A stretch of 63,512 nucleotides of DNA, the filler included, from an uncultured Synergistales bacterium (GTDB lineage: Bacteria; Synergistota; Synergistia; Synergistales; Aminobacteriaceae), in NCBI GenBank assembly GCA_937897575.1. It is 5 parts of 5 records of this genome, joined end to end, with 100 filler letters (N's around TTAATTAATTAA, not from the genome) between each part and the next. Parts side by side here need not be neighbours in the genome. Positions count along the whole stretch, not along the records: positions 7,722 to 14,373 come from CALCQG010000078.1; positions 14,474 to 21,736 come from CALCQG010000079.1; 3 more parts are not named here. One strand, written 5' to 3'. The notes beneath the pieces are model-generated. The model had not been told where the DNA came from, made no database searches, and saw only the letters and a program-made list of their open reading frames with translations. How positions within the stretch are numbered: position 1 is the stretch's first letter; the number at the start of each line of letters is the position of its first letter. The translations under genes were made by a program, and so were the position numbers. Of the stretch, positions 11,266-21,065 are shown one piece after another.

Positions 11266-12363
11266 ATGACAAAGACAATGCTGGGGCTTGTGGCCCACCC
11301 CAATGGGGATCTCCGCCTCGAGGAGGTCCCCGTCCCCAGGATAGGGGAGAACCCATACGCCCCGCACGACGTGCTGCTCGAGGTGGAGTACTGCGGCATC
11401 TGCGGGAGCGACATTCATAAGTGGGGGGCCAGCGCGGAGGAGAAGGCCAAGGTACTGCACACCCCCCGGAAGGTCGTCCAGGGGCACGAGATCGTGGCGC
11501 ACGTCGTCGAAACCGGCGCGGACGTCACGCGGGTGAAACCCGGGGACAGGGTCGTCTGCGAGATCGTGACGTTCTACTGCGGGCATTGCCCCGCCTGTCT
11601 CGAGGGTCGTTTCAACATCTGCAACACCCTCAAGCCCATGGACGGACGGGCGCATTACGTGACGGGGGGCGGCTTCGCCAAGTACACCGTATGGCCCGAG
11701 TTTCAGCTGCACGTGCTGCCCGACACCATCCAGTCCCGCTCGGCGGTCCTCATGGAGCCGACGGCCGGGTCCATCCACAGCGTCCTGAGCCGGATGAACG
11801 TCCGGGCAGGGGAGTCCGTGGCCATTCTCGGACCGGGGGCCAGGGGTATCCTCCTCATGCAGGTCTGCAAGGCGATCGGCGCCGGCCCCGTCATCATGAC
11901 CGGGCTCGACCGGGACGCCTCCTTCCGCCTTCCGATGGCGAAGAAGATGGGGGCCGACGTGGTCATCAACGTGGAGAAGGAGAACCTTCGGGAAAGCATC
12001 GCCGAACTGACGGGCGGCATCGGCGTCGACGTGGTCCTCGAGAACACGGGGTCCGTGGAGCCCATCGCCGAATCCCTGGACATCGTCCGAAAGGGCGGCC
12101 GGGTCCTCTGGGCGGGCGGCGGAATCCGGGGAGGGATCACGGCCCCGGTGGATACGCACAAGATCATCGTGAAGGAGATCGACGTGAAGGGGGAGATCTC
12201 GCAGATCCCCTACGATTGGAAGACGGCCGTCCACCTCGTCGGCCGGGGCGATGTCGTCCTCGATCCCCTCGTCACCCACGAATTCCCCCTGGAGCGGTGG
12301 GAGGAGGGGTACGACCTCGCCGCGTCGAGCCACGACTGCCTCAGGGTCGCCCTGAAGCCGTAG
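11266..12363 (+). CDS. Zn-dependent medium-chain dehydrogenase
   Basis: CGICGSD, GHE, CGHCPAC...C zinc lobe, GPGARG; start at MTKTML after GGAGG. Confidence 0.9.
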   Translation: MTKTMLGLVAHPNGDLRLEEVPVPRIGENPYAPHDVLLEVEYCGICGSDIHKWGASAEEKAKVLHTPRKVVQGHEIVAHVVETGADVTRVKPGDRVVCEIVTFYCGHCPACLEGRFNICNTLKPMDGRAHYVTGGGFAKYTVWPEFQLHVLPDTIQSRSAVLMEPTAGSIHSVLSRMNVRAGESVAILGPGARGILLMQVCKAIGAGPVIMTGLDRDASFRLPMAKKMGADVVINVEKENLRESIAELTGGIGVDVVLENTGSVEPIAESLDIVRKGGRVLWAGGGIRGGITAPVDTHKIIVKEIDVKGEISQIPYDWKTAVHLVGRGDVVLDPLVTHEFPLERWEEGYDLAASSHDCLRVALKP

Positions 12364-12387
12364 GGGCGGAAAGGAGAAAACGGTCGC

Positions 12388-13656
12388 ATGTCCGCTATCG
12401 ATGAGCTTTTGTCGCCGATCGCCATCCCCCGGGTGGTGAAGGTTCGCCAGAACTTCGACCGCCCGCGGGTCGAGAACGTGGAGGAGGAGCTTGCCCGCCA
12501 GATCCGGGGGGGCGGGTACCTGAAGGCCGTGCGCCCAGGCTCGAAGATCGCCATCACGGCGGGAAGCCGTGGCGTCGCCAATATCCCGCTGCTGCTCCGG
12601 ACGGTCGTGCGGGAGGTCCGCGCCGCCGGGGCGGACCCCTTCATCTTTCCCGCCATGGGCAGCCACGGCGGAGCGACGGCCGAGGGCCAGGCCGCCATGC
12701 TGTCTGGAATGGGCGTCACCGAGGACTTCGTCGAGGCCCCCATACGGGCCACCATGGAGACGGTGAGCGTCGGCACGTCGGAGAACGGCGTCCCGGCCTA
12801 CCTGGACAGATACGCCGACGAGGCGGACGGCATCATCGTGGTCAACAGGATCAAACCTCACGTGGCCTTCCGCGGCCCCTACGAGAGCGGGCTCATGAAG
12901 ATGATCACCATCGGCATGGGCAAGCAGAGGGGGGCGGACAACGCCCACCGCCTGGGCTTCGGCCGCATGGCGGAGAACATCCCCGCCGTCGCCAGGGTGA
13001 CCCTCGCCAGGAAGAACATCCTCTTCGCCGTGGGGACCCTCGAGAACGCCTACCATGAGACGGCCCGCATCGAGGTGCTGCCCGCGTCGGCCATCGAGGC
13101 GCGGGAGCCCGAGCTCCTCGAGGAGGCCTGGCGGCTCTACCCGAAGATCTTCTTCGATCAGCTGGATGTCCTCGTCGTGGACGAGATTGGGAAGGACATC
13201 AGCGGGACGGGCTTCGACACGAACGTCCTGGGCCGGTACCACACGCCCTACGCCTCGGGCGGGCCAAACATCACCCGCATCGCCGTCCTGGACATCACGG
13301 ACGCGTCCCACGGGAACGGAAACGGCCTCGGCATCCTGGACATGACGACGCGGCGGGCTTATGAAAAGTTCGATTTCGAGCAGAGCTACCCCAACTCCCT
13401 GACCTCCACGGTGCCCCTGAGCGTCAAGATCCCCATGGTGCTGAAGAACGACCGTCAGGCGATCCAGGCCGCCATCAAGACCTGCAACGTGGAGGACTGG
13501 AGCGGCGTCCGCATGGCGCGGATCAAGAACACGGTGCACCTCAGCGAGATGGAGGTCTCGGAGAACCTGTCCGACGAGGTGCGGAGGCACCGGAACATGG
13601 AGGTGGCCGGAGGGCCCTACGACCTCCCCTTCGACGGCAAGGGCAACCTCTTCTAG
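12388..13656 (+). CDS. Lactate racemase (LarA)-domain protein
   Basis: AITAGSRG, PAMGSHGGATAEGQ, VNRIKPH, ESGLMKM..IGMGK..GA, GKDISGTG.D.NV. Confidence 0.7.
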   Translation: MSAIDELLSPIAIPRVVKVRQNFDRPRVENVEEELARQIRGGGYLKAVRPGSKIAITAGSRGVANIPLLLRTVVREVRAAGADPFIFPAMGSHGGATAEGQAAMLSGMGVTEDFVEAPIRATMETVSVGTSENGVPAYLDRYADEADGIIVVNRIKPHVAFRGPYESGLMKMITIGMGKQRGADNAHRLGFGRMAENIPAVARVTLARKNILFAVGTLENAYHETARIEVLPASAIEAREPELLEEAWRLYPKIFFDQLDVLVVDEIGKDISGTGFDTNVLGRYHTPYASGGPNITRIAVLDITDASHGNGNGLGILDMTTRRAYEKFDFEQSYPNSLTSTVPLSVKIPMVLKNDRQAIQAAIKTCNVEDWSGVRMARIKNTVHLSEMEVSENLSDEVRRHRNMEVAGGPYDLPFDGKGNLF

Positions 13657-13675
13657 CCCATCAGGACAACAACGC

Positions 13676-13714
13676 AGCGGAGCGCCGGAAGGATCCGGCG
13701 CTCCGCTCGTTTTT
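13676..13714. terminator. Intrinsic terminator between convergent genes
   Basis: AGCGGAGCGCCGGA-agga-TCCGGCGCTCCGCT then CGTTTTT. Confidence 0.85.
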
Positions 13715-13731
13715 GCGTGCTTTCCGACTGC

Positions 13732-14373
13732 TTACTCGCCCCTCCGATGGAGCCACAGGGCCCCCTCACTGGCGCTCCCCACGCCCCTCCGGTAGGCCTC
13801 CAGGATGCCCCGCAGCGGGCGGTCGGGACGGGCCACGGACGAACGGCGCCGCTCGAGCTCCTCTGCCGGGACGTCCACCTCGAGCGTGTTGTTCTCCAGG
13901 TCGATCTCAATGATGTCGCCGTCCTGCACCAGGGCCAGCGGGCCTCCCTCCCAGGCCTCGGGGGCGATGTGCCCCACGCAGGGCCCCCTCGTGGCGCCGG
14001 AGAACCGGCCGTCGGTGATCATGGCCACGGAGGTGTGAAGCCCCATGCCCACCAGCATGGCGGCGGGGATGGAGAGCTCCCTCATGCCGGGGCCTCCCTT
14101 CGGCCCCTCGTACCGGACGACGAGGACGCTCCCCGGGACGACGGTCTTCGTGAGCAGGAACTCCCGGACCTCCTCCTCGGAGTTGAACACGACGGCGGGC
14201 CCTTTGTGGCGATGCATTGCAGGGTCCACGCCGCTCTTCTTGACCACCGCGCCGTCGGGGGCAAGGTTGCCGTGGAGGATGGCGAAGCACCCGGCGGGGT
14301 GCAGCGCGTCGGAGGCCGAATGGATGACCGTCCGGTCCACGGGGGACGCGAACCCGTCGAGGGCGTCGCCCAG
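13732..14373 (-). CDS. ilvD: IlvD/Edd-family dehydratase, C-terminal part (truncated by gap)
   Basis: [43 protein letters not shown]. Confidence 0.9.
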   Translation of the reverse strand: MGDALDGFASPVDRTVIHSASDALHPAGCFAILHGNLAPDGAVVKKSGVDPAMHRHKGPAVVFNSEEEVREFLLTKTVVPGSVLVVRYEGPKGGPGMRELSIPAAMLVGMGLHTSVAMITDGRFSGATRGPCVGHIAPEAWEGGPLALVQDGDIIEIDLENNTLEVDVPAEELERRRSSVARPDRPLRGILEAYRRGVGSASEGALWLHRRGE

Positions 14374-14473
14374 NNNNNNNNNNNNNNNNNNNNNNNNNNN
14401 NNNNNNNNNNNNNNNNNTTAATTAATTAANNNNNNNNNNNNNNNNNNNNNNNNNNNNNNNNNNNNNNNNNNNN

Positions 14474-14532
14474 GCCGTATCGTGGCGCCCCTGGGCATTC
14501 TGTACATCTTCTTCACCGGTCTTAAGTGGTAG
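14474..14532 (+). CDS. C-terminus of a membrane transporter, possibly sodium-dependent (NSS/SNF family)
   Basis: RIVAPLGILYIFFTGLKW* at contig start. Confidence 0.45.
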
Positions 14533-14581
14533 CAGGCAACCGGCGATCTGATCCGCAGGGTCAGGAGCCGAGTTGATCGCC

Positions 14582-14938
14582 ATGCCGAGCGCAGCGAGGC
14601 GAGCAGACAACCGAGAAAAGCCCCCCAGCTGGGGGGCTTTTTTGTATCGATCGCTGCCTCGTCAAACTCGGCATAGCATCTGACTCAGCGCGCTTCGCAT
14701 TGCTGGTCATCTGCTATATCCTTTAGGGTCGCAGACGACTCTGCTTTTTTGGGTGTTGGTCGCCCCCTTACGCTTCGCTTCAGAGATAGTATCTGACATC
14801 AACTCGATCCCGGTCTCTCGTTGGTCCTCAACTCTATGCCGAGCGCAGCGAGGCGAGCAGACAACCGAGAAAACCCCCCAGCTGGGGGCTTTTTTGTATC
14901 GATCGCTGTCTCGTCAGATTCGGCATAGCATCGGACTC
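14582..14938. repeat. Two copies (14582-14686, 14836-14938) of a ~105-bp nested palindromic element
   Basis: ATGCCGAG-CGCAGCGAGGCGAGCAGACAACCGAG-AAAAGCCCCCC-AGCT-GGGGGGCTTTT-...GCTGCCTCG...CTCGGCAT recurs 254 bp later with few changes. Confidence 0.9.
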
Positions 14939-14968
14939 GGCTTCGCTCGTGAGTACGCCTTGCGTGCT

Positions 14969-15490
14969 TCAGTGCGTTTCGTGGCTCCCCGCTGTCTCTC
15001 CGGGTCGCACGTTCTCCACTTTCTCCCGGTCGTATTCAGGTCTTGGGGTCATCTCGTCCGATTCGTCCAGCTTTTGCGACGGACCGGGCAGGAGGCGCTC
15101 GAGGCGAAGATCCCGAAGGGTCCTCCGGAGGTGTTCCCCGTCGATGAAGGCGAAGTCCCGCTCCGACCCCGACGGCACACTGTCCGCGGCCCTCTGGGTT
15201 CTGAACCGCTCACGGGCCTTCTCCAGAGAGAGGAGCCCCGCCGTGTCGTACTGCCGTTCCCCCTCCTCCAGGACAAGGGAGCGGTAGGGGGCCCTCATGA
15301 GGGGGATATTGGGCGGCAGCGGCGCCGACACCAGGCGGTACCCCTGCTGGAGGCGAAGTTCCGCCGCGTCGAGCACGTCCAGGGGCGTCCCCGGGACGTA
15401 CCGCACGCTGGCCACCGTCTCGTCAGCTCCAAGGATCGCCTGAACTTCCGGGTTGTTGGTCACCACCTCGAATCGACGCGCCTCCTCCAT
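14969..15490 (-). CDS. grdX: GrdX-family protein
   Basis: VVTNNP...GYRLVSAPLPPN...PYRSL motifs; directly after grdB. Confidence 0.75.
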   Translation of the reverse strand: MEEARRFEVVTNNPEVQAILGADETVASVRYVPGTPLDVLDAAELRLQQGYRLVSAPLPPNIPLMRAPYRSLVLEEGERQYDTAGLLSLEKARERFRTQRAADSVPSGSERDFAFIDGEHLRRTLRDLRLERLLPGPSQKLDESDEMTPRPEYDREKVENVRPGETAGSHETH

Positions 15491-15493
15491 GGG

Positions 15494-16804
15494 TTATCTC
15501 TCGAAGACGGTCTGTTCCGATATCTCGGTCTGCATGGCCCTGAAGGCCCGGAGGACGAGCTCCCGTCTCGTGGCTCTGTCGCCGTCGGCCCCGAGGTCCG
15601 GAGCTCCCACGGGGTGCGGGATAGCCACGCCGGGGACGATACGGTTCGCCCCCACGGTGAGCATGATGGGGACTATGGTGGCGATCTGGACGACGGGGAT
15701 CCCCGCCGCCTTTTCGATCTCCCGCGTCATCGATGCACCGCATCGAGTGCAGGTTCCTCAGGTAGAGGTGAGGATGGCCGCATCCACACCGGCTTTCTTC
15801 AGCTCCTCACCGATCTCCCGGCCGAACTTCTCGGCGAAGGCCACCGCCGTTCCCGTTCCGGTGGTGGTGTAGAGGAAGGGGTGCAGCTTCCCGAAGACGC
15901 CCTCCCTCTCGAGCTCGCGCAGCACGTCGATGGGGATCACCACGTCGGGGTCCAGGTTGGCCCAGGTCCTGTCGTAGCCTCCGTGGACCGATTCGTAGTT
16001 CTCGGGCGTCAGGTCCGACAGGCCGGAGATGTCGTATGTCCCGTAGGTCTCGGCGGAGGAGACCCGGATATGGTCGGGGTTCCCGAAGGGGACCACGCCG
16101 CCGGACGATACGAGGGCGATGGTGGCGTGCGCCAGGTCCTTCAGCGGCGGAGCGGGGGGGATTTTGTTAAACACGGGCATCTCGTACTCCGTTCGGAACT
16201 CCTCGCCCCTAAGCTTCTTCAGGAGCATCTCCACGGCGCGCTCGGCACCCCGTTTCTCGTGGAGGAAGTTCTTTCGGATGCCCCTGTGGATATAGCCCTC
16301 CTCCCGCGCAGGCCTCAGGGCCTCGCCGGAGAGCAGTTTGGCGCCCAGGCGCGCCATGCCGGAGAGCGCCTGAGCCATGGTCCTGGCGCTGTCGCCGCAC
16401 GGGACGATGTAGGTTTTTTTGGAGAAGAGCTCCACGCCGGGGTTCTCGCGGTACATGGCCGTCACGGAGGGTATCCCGTTCTCCGATGCGGCCGCCGCGA
16501 TATCGCCGCAGGCGAACCCGTACCGTCCCGCGTTGAAGGCCGGGCCGGCGACCAGCAGATCGGGCTTCGCCTCCCGTATCATCTCGAGGCACTGTCTTCG
16601 CGCCTCTTCCGTATGCTCTCCGTAGTAGCTGTCGCCGCAGACCACCGTCCGGACGATTTGGGCCCTGTCGCCGAACTCCTTCGCGAGCCCCATGCCGGGG
16701 CCGATGACCTTATCCTCGAAGAAGGGCGTCCGATCGGCCTTCTCCTCACCGCCTATTCCCGCGTAGAACTGATTGATGTAGTGAACGATCCGCTTCATGT
16801 CCAT
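15494..16804 (-). CDS. grdB: Glycine/sarcosine/betaine reductase selenoprotein B (Sec at TGA 15760-15758)
   Basis: HYINQFYAGIGGEEKA, GPAFNAGRYG; reading through TGA gives TST-U-GTCTRCGASM in frame with ORF 15494..15730. Confidence 0.95.
15730..15746 (-). promoter_or_regulatory. Bacterial SECIS-like hairpin
   Basis: TCGATGC-GGT-GCATCGA, separated from the UGA by 11 nt. Confidence 0.75.
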
Positions 16805-16811
16805 CCCCTCC

Positions 16812-18095
16812 TCAGATCCACTCGCAGCCGACGCGGTTGTACCCTATCTCCGCCGTGGACGCTATGATGGCCTGCATCTCCACGAGCATGGAGCCGTCCG
16901 CCCTCAGGCTTTCCGCGGCGCCGCCGGAGAGGTGGGCGATGGATTCCGGCCACCCGATGACCCTGTCCATGGGCGGGACGACGAGCATCTCGTTGACGTT
17001 GCCCGTGGAGATGAAGGCCGTCATCTCGGGCGTCGCGTCGGCGAGACTCTGGCTGGCTCCGTCGGTACCGGCGGCCTCGTCGGAGATGACCACCGACTTG
17101 ATGCCCGCCCGCTCGAAATTCTTCGCGTTCAGGCACAGGTCCGTGTCGGGGTTGCCGTACCCCTCCTCGGAGATGATGACGCCGTCGGCGCCGAGCTGCT
17201 GCGCGATGGTCAGGTTCATCTTCGACGCCCGGATCTTTCCGTCCAGCACGGTGCTCTCCTGCGTGGGGACGACCCCGAGGAAGTTGAGCTCCTTTCCGTG
17301 CCGGGCGTACAGGGCCGCGACAACCGGGTTGTGGACGTGATGCCACGTGGTGTTCTTGTCGCAGGCCGATACGCAGTTGCCCGACACCATGGCGCCGTCG
17401 AGCACTTCGTTGGGGTGGAGGAGCGTCGGCAACGCCGGCCTGAGGTCCGACCCGTAGAGGTAGGTATCGTGGAGCAACCCCTGGGTGATGTTCATGCAGA
17501 CGTAGATCACCTTCGGGAGGGCCGGGAACTTCTCGTTCTCCTCGCAGGCGCTCCCCTTTTCGTACGTTTCGATGGCGTCCGCGGGTGAGCCGAGGCAGGC
17601 CTGGGCGAGGTGCACCGCGAGCCGAAGCCCCGCTTCGCGGAGGATCTGCTCGTACTGATGCTGCTCCAGATCCCGTACCGGCTCCGCAACGAGGACGATG
17701 TTCTGCGTCTCCGAGAAGGGCGTGTACACCGCTCCGGGCCCCGACATGTCCACGAAGCCCTCCTGGAAGGCCACGATCGGTCCGCAGGTCAGGACCGCCG
17801 CGCCGTCGAGCACGAGGGTCCTCCCCTCGCCGCACCGGTCCATGGGGGCCAGAAAGCCGGGAAAGTACCCCTTGCCGTCCATCTTGACCCGCGGTTCCAC
17901 CGCATCCTTGACGGGGATGATCCGCACGCTCTCTCCCGGTCGGGCAAGCTCCAGGTCCACTCGGGCGAACCGCTTTTCTTCTGCGACGAAGTCCACCGCT
18001 CTCTGCCGGTCCACGTACAGAACGCCCTCTCGGACGCAGGTCTCGGTGCCCCATTGCACGTCCCGGACCGTTATCTTGTGCAGCTCCAGTTTCAT
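16812..18095 (-). CDS. grdE: Reductase component B proprotein (alpha/beta subunits)
   Basis: MKLEL, PGESVRIIPVKD..EPR, GNCVSACDKN processing region, EEGYGNPDTD, STGN. Confidence 0.92.
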   Translation of the reverse strand: MKLELHKITVRDVQWGTETCVREGVLYVDRQRAVDFVAEEKRFARVDLELARPGESVRIIPVKDAVEPRVKMDGKGYFPGFLAPMDRCGEGRTLVLDGAAVLTCGPIVAFQEGFVDMSGPGAVYTPFSETQNIVLVAEPVRDLEQHQYEQILREAGLRLAVHLAQACLGSPADAIETYEKGSACEENEKFPALPKVIYVCMNITQGLLHDTYLYGSDLRPALPTLLHPNEVLDGAMVSGNCVSACDKNTTWHHVHNPVVAALYARHGKELNFLGVVPTQESTVLDGKIRASKMNLTIAQQLGADGVIISEEGYGNPDTDLCLNAKNFERAGIKSVVISDEAAGTDGASQSLADATPEMTAFISTGNVNEMLVVPPMDRVIGWPESIAHLSGGAAESLRADGSMLVEMQAIIASTAEIGYNRVGCEWI

Positions 18096-18289
18096 CTCTG
18101 CCCCTCCCTTCGACGTTTCCCGCACCGCGAAGGGCGGCAACGGCATCGCCTGCCCGGTTCCGCGGAGGGGAACACTGGAACAAGAATAGAAGACGAAGGG
18201 GCCTATGTCATTAGTCTTTTGACTAAAACAGGACTATAATAAATTTAATTCATTATGCGATTGACTAACTCAACGATCCTGCGAAGGGA

Positions 18290-19585
18290 GTGACGGCAAT
18301 GCACGGAAAGACGGCCCAGTCCATCGCCCGGGAGGCGTGCGCGGTCATCGGCCGCGGCGTCCTCGTCACCGATGAGGCGGGGATCATCATCGGGTGCAGC
18401 GACATCCGCCGCGTCGGCACCCTCCATGGCCCCTCCGTCGAGGTCCTGCGGACGGGGCACCCTCTCCTGACCTCCCAGGCCGATGCCGAGCGGATGGCCG
18501 GAGTCCGGCCGGGCTACACGGCGCCCATCATCCTCTCCGGTCAGGTCGTGGGGACCATCTCCATCGCGGGGCCACCCGGCGAGGTGGAGCGGTACGGCAT
18601 GCTCGTGCAGAAGCAGGCGGAGATCCTTCTGATGGAGCAGTCCTTCACGGAGATGCGTCTGCGGCGTCAGCAGGCCCTCCGGGATCTGGCCGAGAGCCTG
18701 CTGCTCTTCACGCCCGAGAGCGGGGACGACCGCCTCCTGCTCCTCAATGGCCGGGAGCTCGGCATCGATCTTCGGAACCTCCGCATCGCCGTCGCCCTGG
18801 CCCTGCCTGAGGAGCGAGCCGGCGACGGGATGCAGAGACGGGCCATGGATACGGCCTCCCACTTCTTCGACAGCCCGGAGCACCTCATCGTCTCGCTCCG
18901 GGACCGCAGCATCATGCTCTTCCTCGCCCTGCCGCGCCCGAGGGAGAGAGGGGTTCTGGAGCGATCCCTCCGGCCCCTCTGCGAGGAGCTGCTCGACCTT
19001 CTCAGGGAGAACGGGGTGGAGGCCCAGGCGGGGATCGGGTCCGAGGCGGAGACGATCGAGGAGATCGCCCTCTCGGGGCGACGGGCCCGGGAGGCGCTGG
19101 ACGCGGGGATGACTTTGGGGGGGCGAGTGCACTCCGCCGACGCGCTGAGGATCGAGCTGCTGCTTTCGTCGATTCCCCGGAAGGTGCGGGAGGCCTTTGC
19201 GGCTGATGTTCTGGGGCGACTGAAGGACGACGAACTGGTCCGGACCTTTCTGGCGTGGTGCGAGACGCCCTTCGCCCCGGCGGAGGTGGCGAAGCGTCTT
19301 GCCGTCCACAGGAACACGCTTCAGTACCGGTTGAAGAGGATTCAGGACCTCTCGGGCCTCGACCCGAGGAACCTGCATGACTGCTTTGCGCTGTGGTCGG
19401 CGCTCACCCTGCGGACGCTGGGTCAGGGGCGGAGGGGTGGATGGGCCGGGGAGGGGCAGCGGGCCGGAGACACGTCGCGCGATGCGGCCGCCCCGGAGGA
19501 GCGCCTCTCGGGACGGCCGCGCAGAAGTGACGGAGAGCCTAGAAGGCGGGGACGATCCCCTTCGGAACGAGCTCCGATTCGATGA
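18290..19585 (+). CDS. CdaR/PucR-family transcriptional regulator
   Basis: N-terminal sugar-diacid recognition-like domain (D..GIIIG.SD..RVGTLH) and HTH AKRLAVHRNTLQYRLKRI. Confidence 0.88.
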   Translation: MTAMHGKTAQSIAREACAVIGRGVLVTDEAGIIIGCSDIRRVGTLHGPSVEVLRTGHPLLTSQADAERMAGVRPGYTAPIILSGQVVGTISIAGPPGEVERYGMLVQKQAEILLMEQSFTEMRLRRQQALRDLAESLLLFTPESGDDRLLLLNGRELGIDLRNLRIAVALALPEERAGDGMQRRAMDTASHFFDSPEHLIVSLRDRSIMLFLALPRPRERGVLERSLRPLCEELLDLLRENGVEAQAGIGSEAETIEEIALSGRRAREALDAGMTLGGRVHSADALRIELLLSSIPRKVREAFAADVLGRLKDDELVRTFLAWCETPFAPAEVAKRLAVHRNTLQYRLKRIQDLSGLDPRNLHDCFALWSALTLRTLGQGRRGGWAGEGQRAGDTSRDAAAPEERLSGRPRRSDGEPRRRGRSPSERAPIR

Positions 19586-20318
19586 AGGCCTTGACCTCCG
19601 GCGAGTTCGCCGCTGCGGCGAGGGCCTTGACCCAGGGCTTCTCCCCGTCGGCGGACCGTATCACGACGACGTTTGCGTAGGGGGACTCCTTTCCCTCGAT
19701 GACGATGGCGTCCTTCGACGGGGTCAACCCCGCCTCGACGGCGAAGTTCGTGTTGATGACCGAGGCGTCCACGTCCTGAAGCGTCCGGGGCAGTTGAGCG
19801 GCGTCCAGCTCGTGGAACCGGATCCTCTTCGGGTTATCGACCACGTCCTTGGCCGTCACGAGCTCGCCCTCCCGAACGGTCACCAGACCGTTGGCCTCGA
19901 GGAGCCGGAGTGCGCGCGCGCAGTTCGTGGGGTCGTTGGGGATGGCGATCTGAGCGCCGTCCTTGAGCTCGTCGAGGCGACCTATCTTCTTCGAGTAGAG
20001 GCCGAGGGGTTCGATGTGGACCTTCGCGACCCAGACGAGGTCGAAGCCTCGCTCTTTGTTGGTGTTCTCGAGGTAGGGCACGTGCTGGAAGAAGTTGGCG
20101 TCCAGGCTCCCCTCGGCGAGGGCCGTGTTCGGCGTCACGTAGTCCGTGAACTCCTTGATCTGGAGGTCGTAGCCCTCTTTCTCGAGCAGCCCCTTGACGA
20201 CGACCATGATGTCCTTATGGGGGAAGGGGGTGACGCCGATGGTGATCGCCGAGCCGGCGGCCAGGGCGGCCGTTGGGAGGATAAGCGCGAGAAGCAGTGC
20301 GAGAAGCGTTCTTTTCAT
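19539..20318 (-). CDS. metQ: Methionine ABC transporter substrate-binding protein
   Basis: FTDYVTPNTAL..G.LDANFFQH.PYL, IPNDPTN..RAL, SPYAN. Confidence 0.93.
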   Translation of the reverse strand: MKRTLLALLLALILPTAALAAGSAITIGVTPFPHKDIMVVVKGLLEKEGYDLQIKEFTDYVTPNTALAEGSLDANFFQHVPYLENTNKERGFDLVWVAKVHIEPLGLYSKKIGRLDELKDGAQIAIPNDPTNCARALRLLEANGLVTVREGELVTAKDVVDNPKRIRFHELDAAQLPRTLQDVDASVINTNFAVEAGLTPSKDAIVIEGKESPYANVVVIRSADGEKPWVKALAAAANSPEVKAFIESELVPKGIVPAF

Positions 20319-20429
20319 GGTGATGATCTCTCCTTTTCGAGTATGATGACGGTGCTGCCCTTCGATGCGTGACTCTTGTTCTTTCTCCGATTCACCCCCT
20401 CCTTCCGGACTTCGTTCCCCGCGCAGCGC

Positions 20430-21065
20430 CTATCGGATCCTTCGGTAGAGCGCGTTGCCCGCGGACTGGATGACCTGCACGATGACGATGAGGATCACGA
20501 CGGCGTAGATCATGACGTCGGTCTGAAACCGGTTGTAGCCGTACTTGATGGCCAGATCGCCCAGGCCGCCGCCCCCCACGGCGCCGGCCATGGCCGAGTA
20601 CCCGAGCAGGTTGATGGCCACGACGGCCCAGTTGAGGACGATGGAGGGCATGGCCTCGGGAACCATGACGCGGAACAGGATCTGGCCGTCGCCGGCCCCG
20701 AAGGATCGGGCCGCCTCCACGACGCCCTCGTCCACCTCAAGGAGGCTCCCCTCCATGAGACGAGCGACGAAGGGGGTGGCCGCTATGGTGAGAGGCACGA
20801 TGGACGCCGTGCTGCCGATGGACGTCCCGACGATGAGGCGGGTCATCGGGATGATGGCGATCATCAGGATGATGAAGGGAAAGGATCGGAGCAGGTTGAC
20901 CAGGACGTCCAGCGTCGAGTAGAGCCCCCTGTTCGGCCGGAGGCCCCTGGCTCCCGTCAGGATCATGACGAGGGCCAGGGCGAACCCGAGGAGCCCGGAG
21001 AAGAGCGTGGAGAGGGCCACCATGTACAGGGTCTCCCAGAGTGCGGCGGCAAATTCATTCACCAT
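20430..21065 (-). CDS. metI: Methionine ABC transporter permease
   Basis: RSFPFIIL, GTSIG, YSAMAGAVGGGGLG.LAI.YGY.RF. Confidence 0.94.
   Translation of the reverse strand: MVNEFAAALWETLYMVALSTLFSGLLGFALALVMILTGARGLRPNRGLYSTLDVLVNLLRSFPFIILMIAIIPMTRLIVGTSIGSTASIVPLTIAATPFVARLMEGSLLEVDEGVVEAARSFGAGDGQILFRVMVPEAMPSIVLNWAVVAINLLGYSAMAGAVGGGGLGDLAIKYGYNRFQTDVMIYAVVILIVIVQVIQSAGNALYRRIR

Noticed and set aside
10771..13590. 939-aa minus-strand ORF and other long antisense ORFs (e.g. 14753..16867, 38666..40489, 44546..46183)
   Set aside because: Shadow ORFs of high-GC genes on the opposite strand; no recognisable motifs
14582..14938. Possible CRISPR array
   Set aside because: Only two units of ~105 bp with a ~150-bp spacer and no cas genes; no CRISPR array seen anywhere in the window
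19539..19585. Convergent overlap of cdaR-like and metQ 3' ends
   Set aside because: The CdaR tail is low-complexity run-on sequence; short convergent overlaps are common in GC-rich genomes
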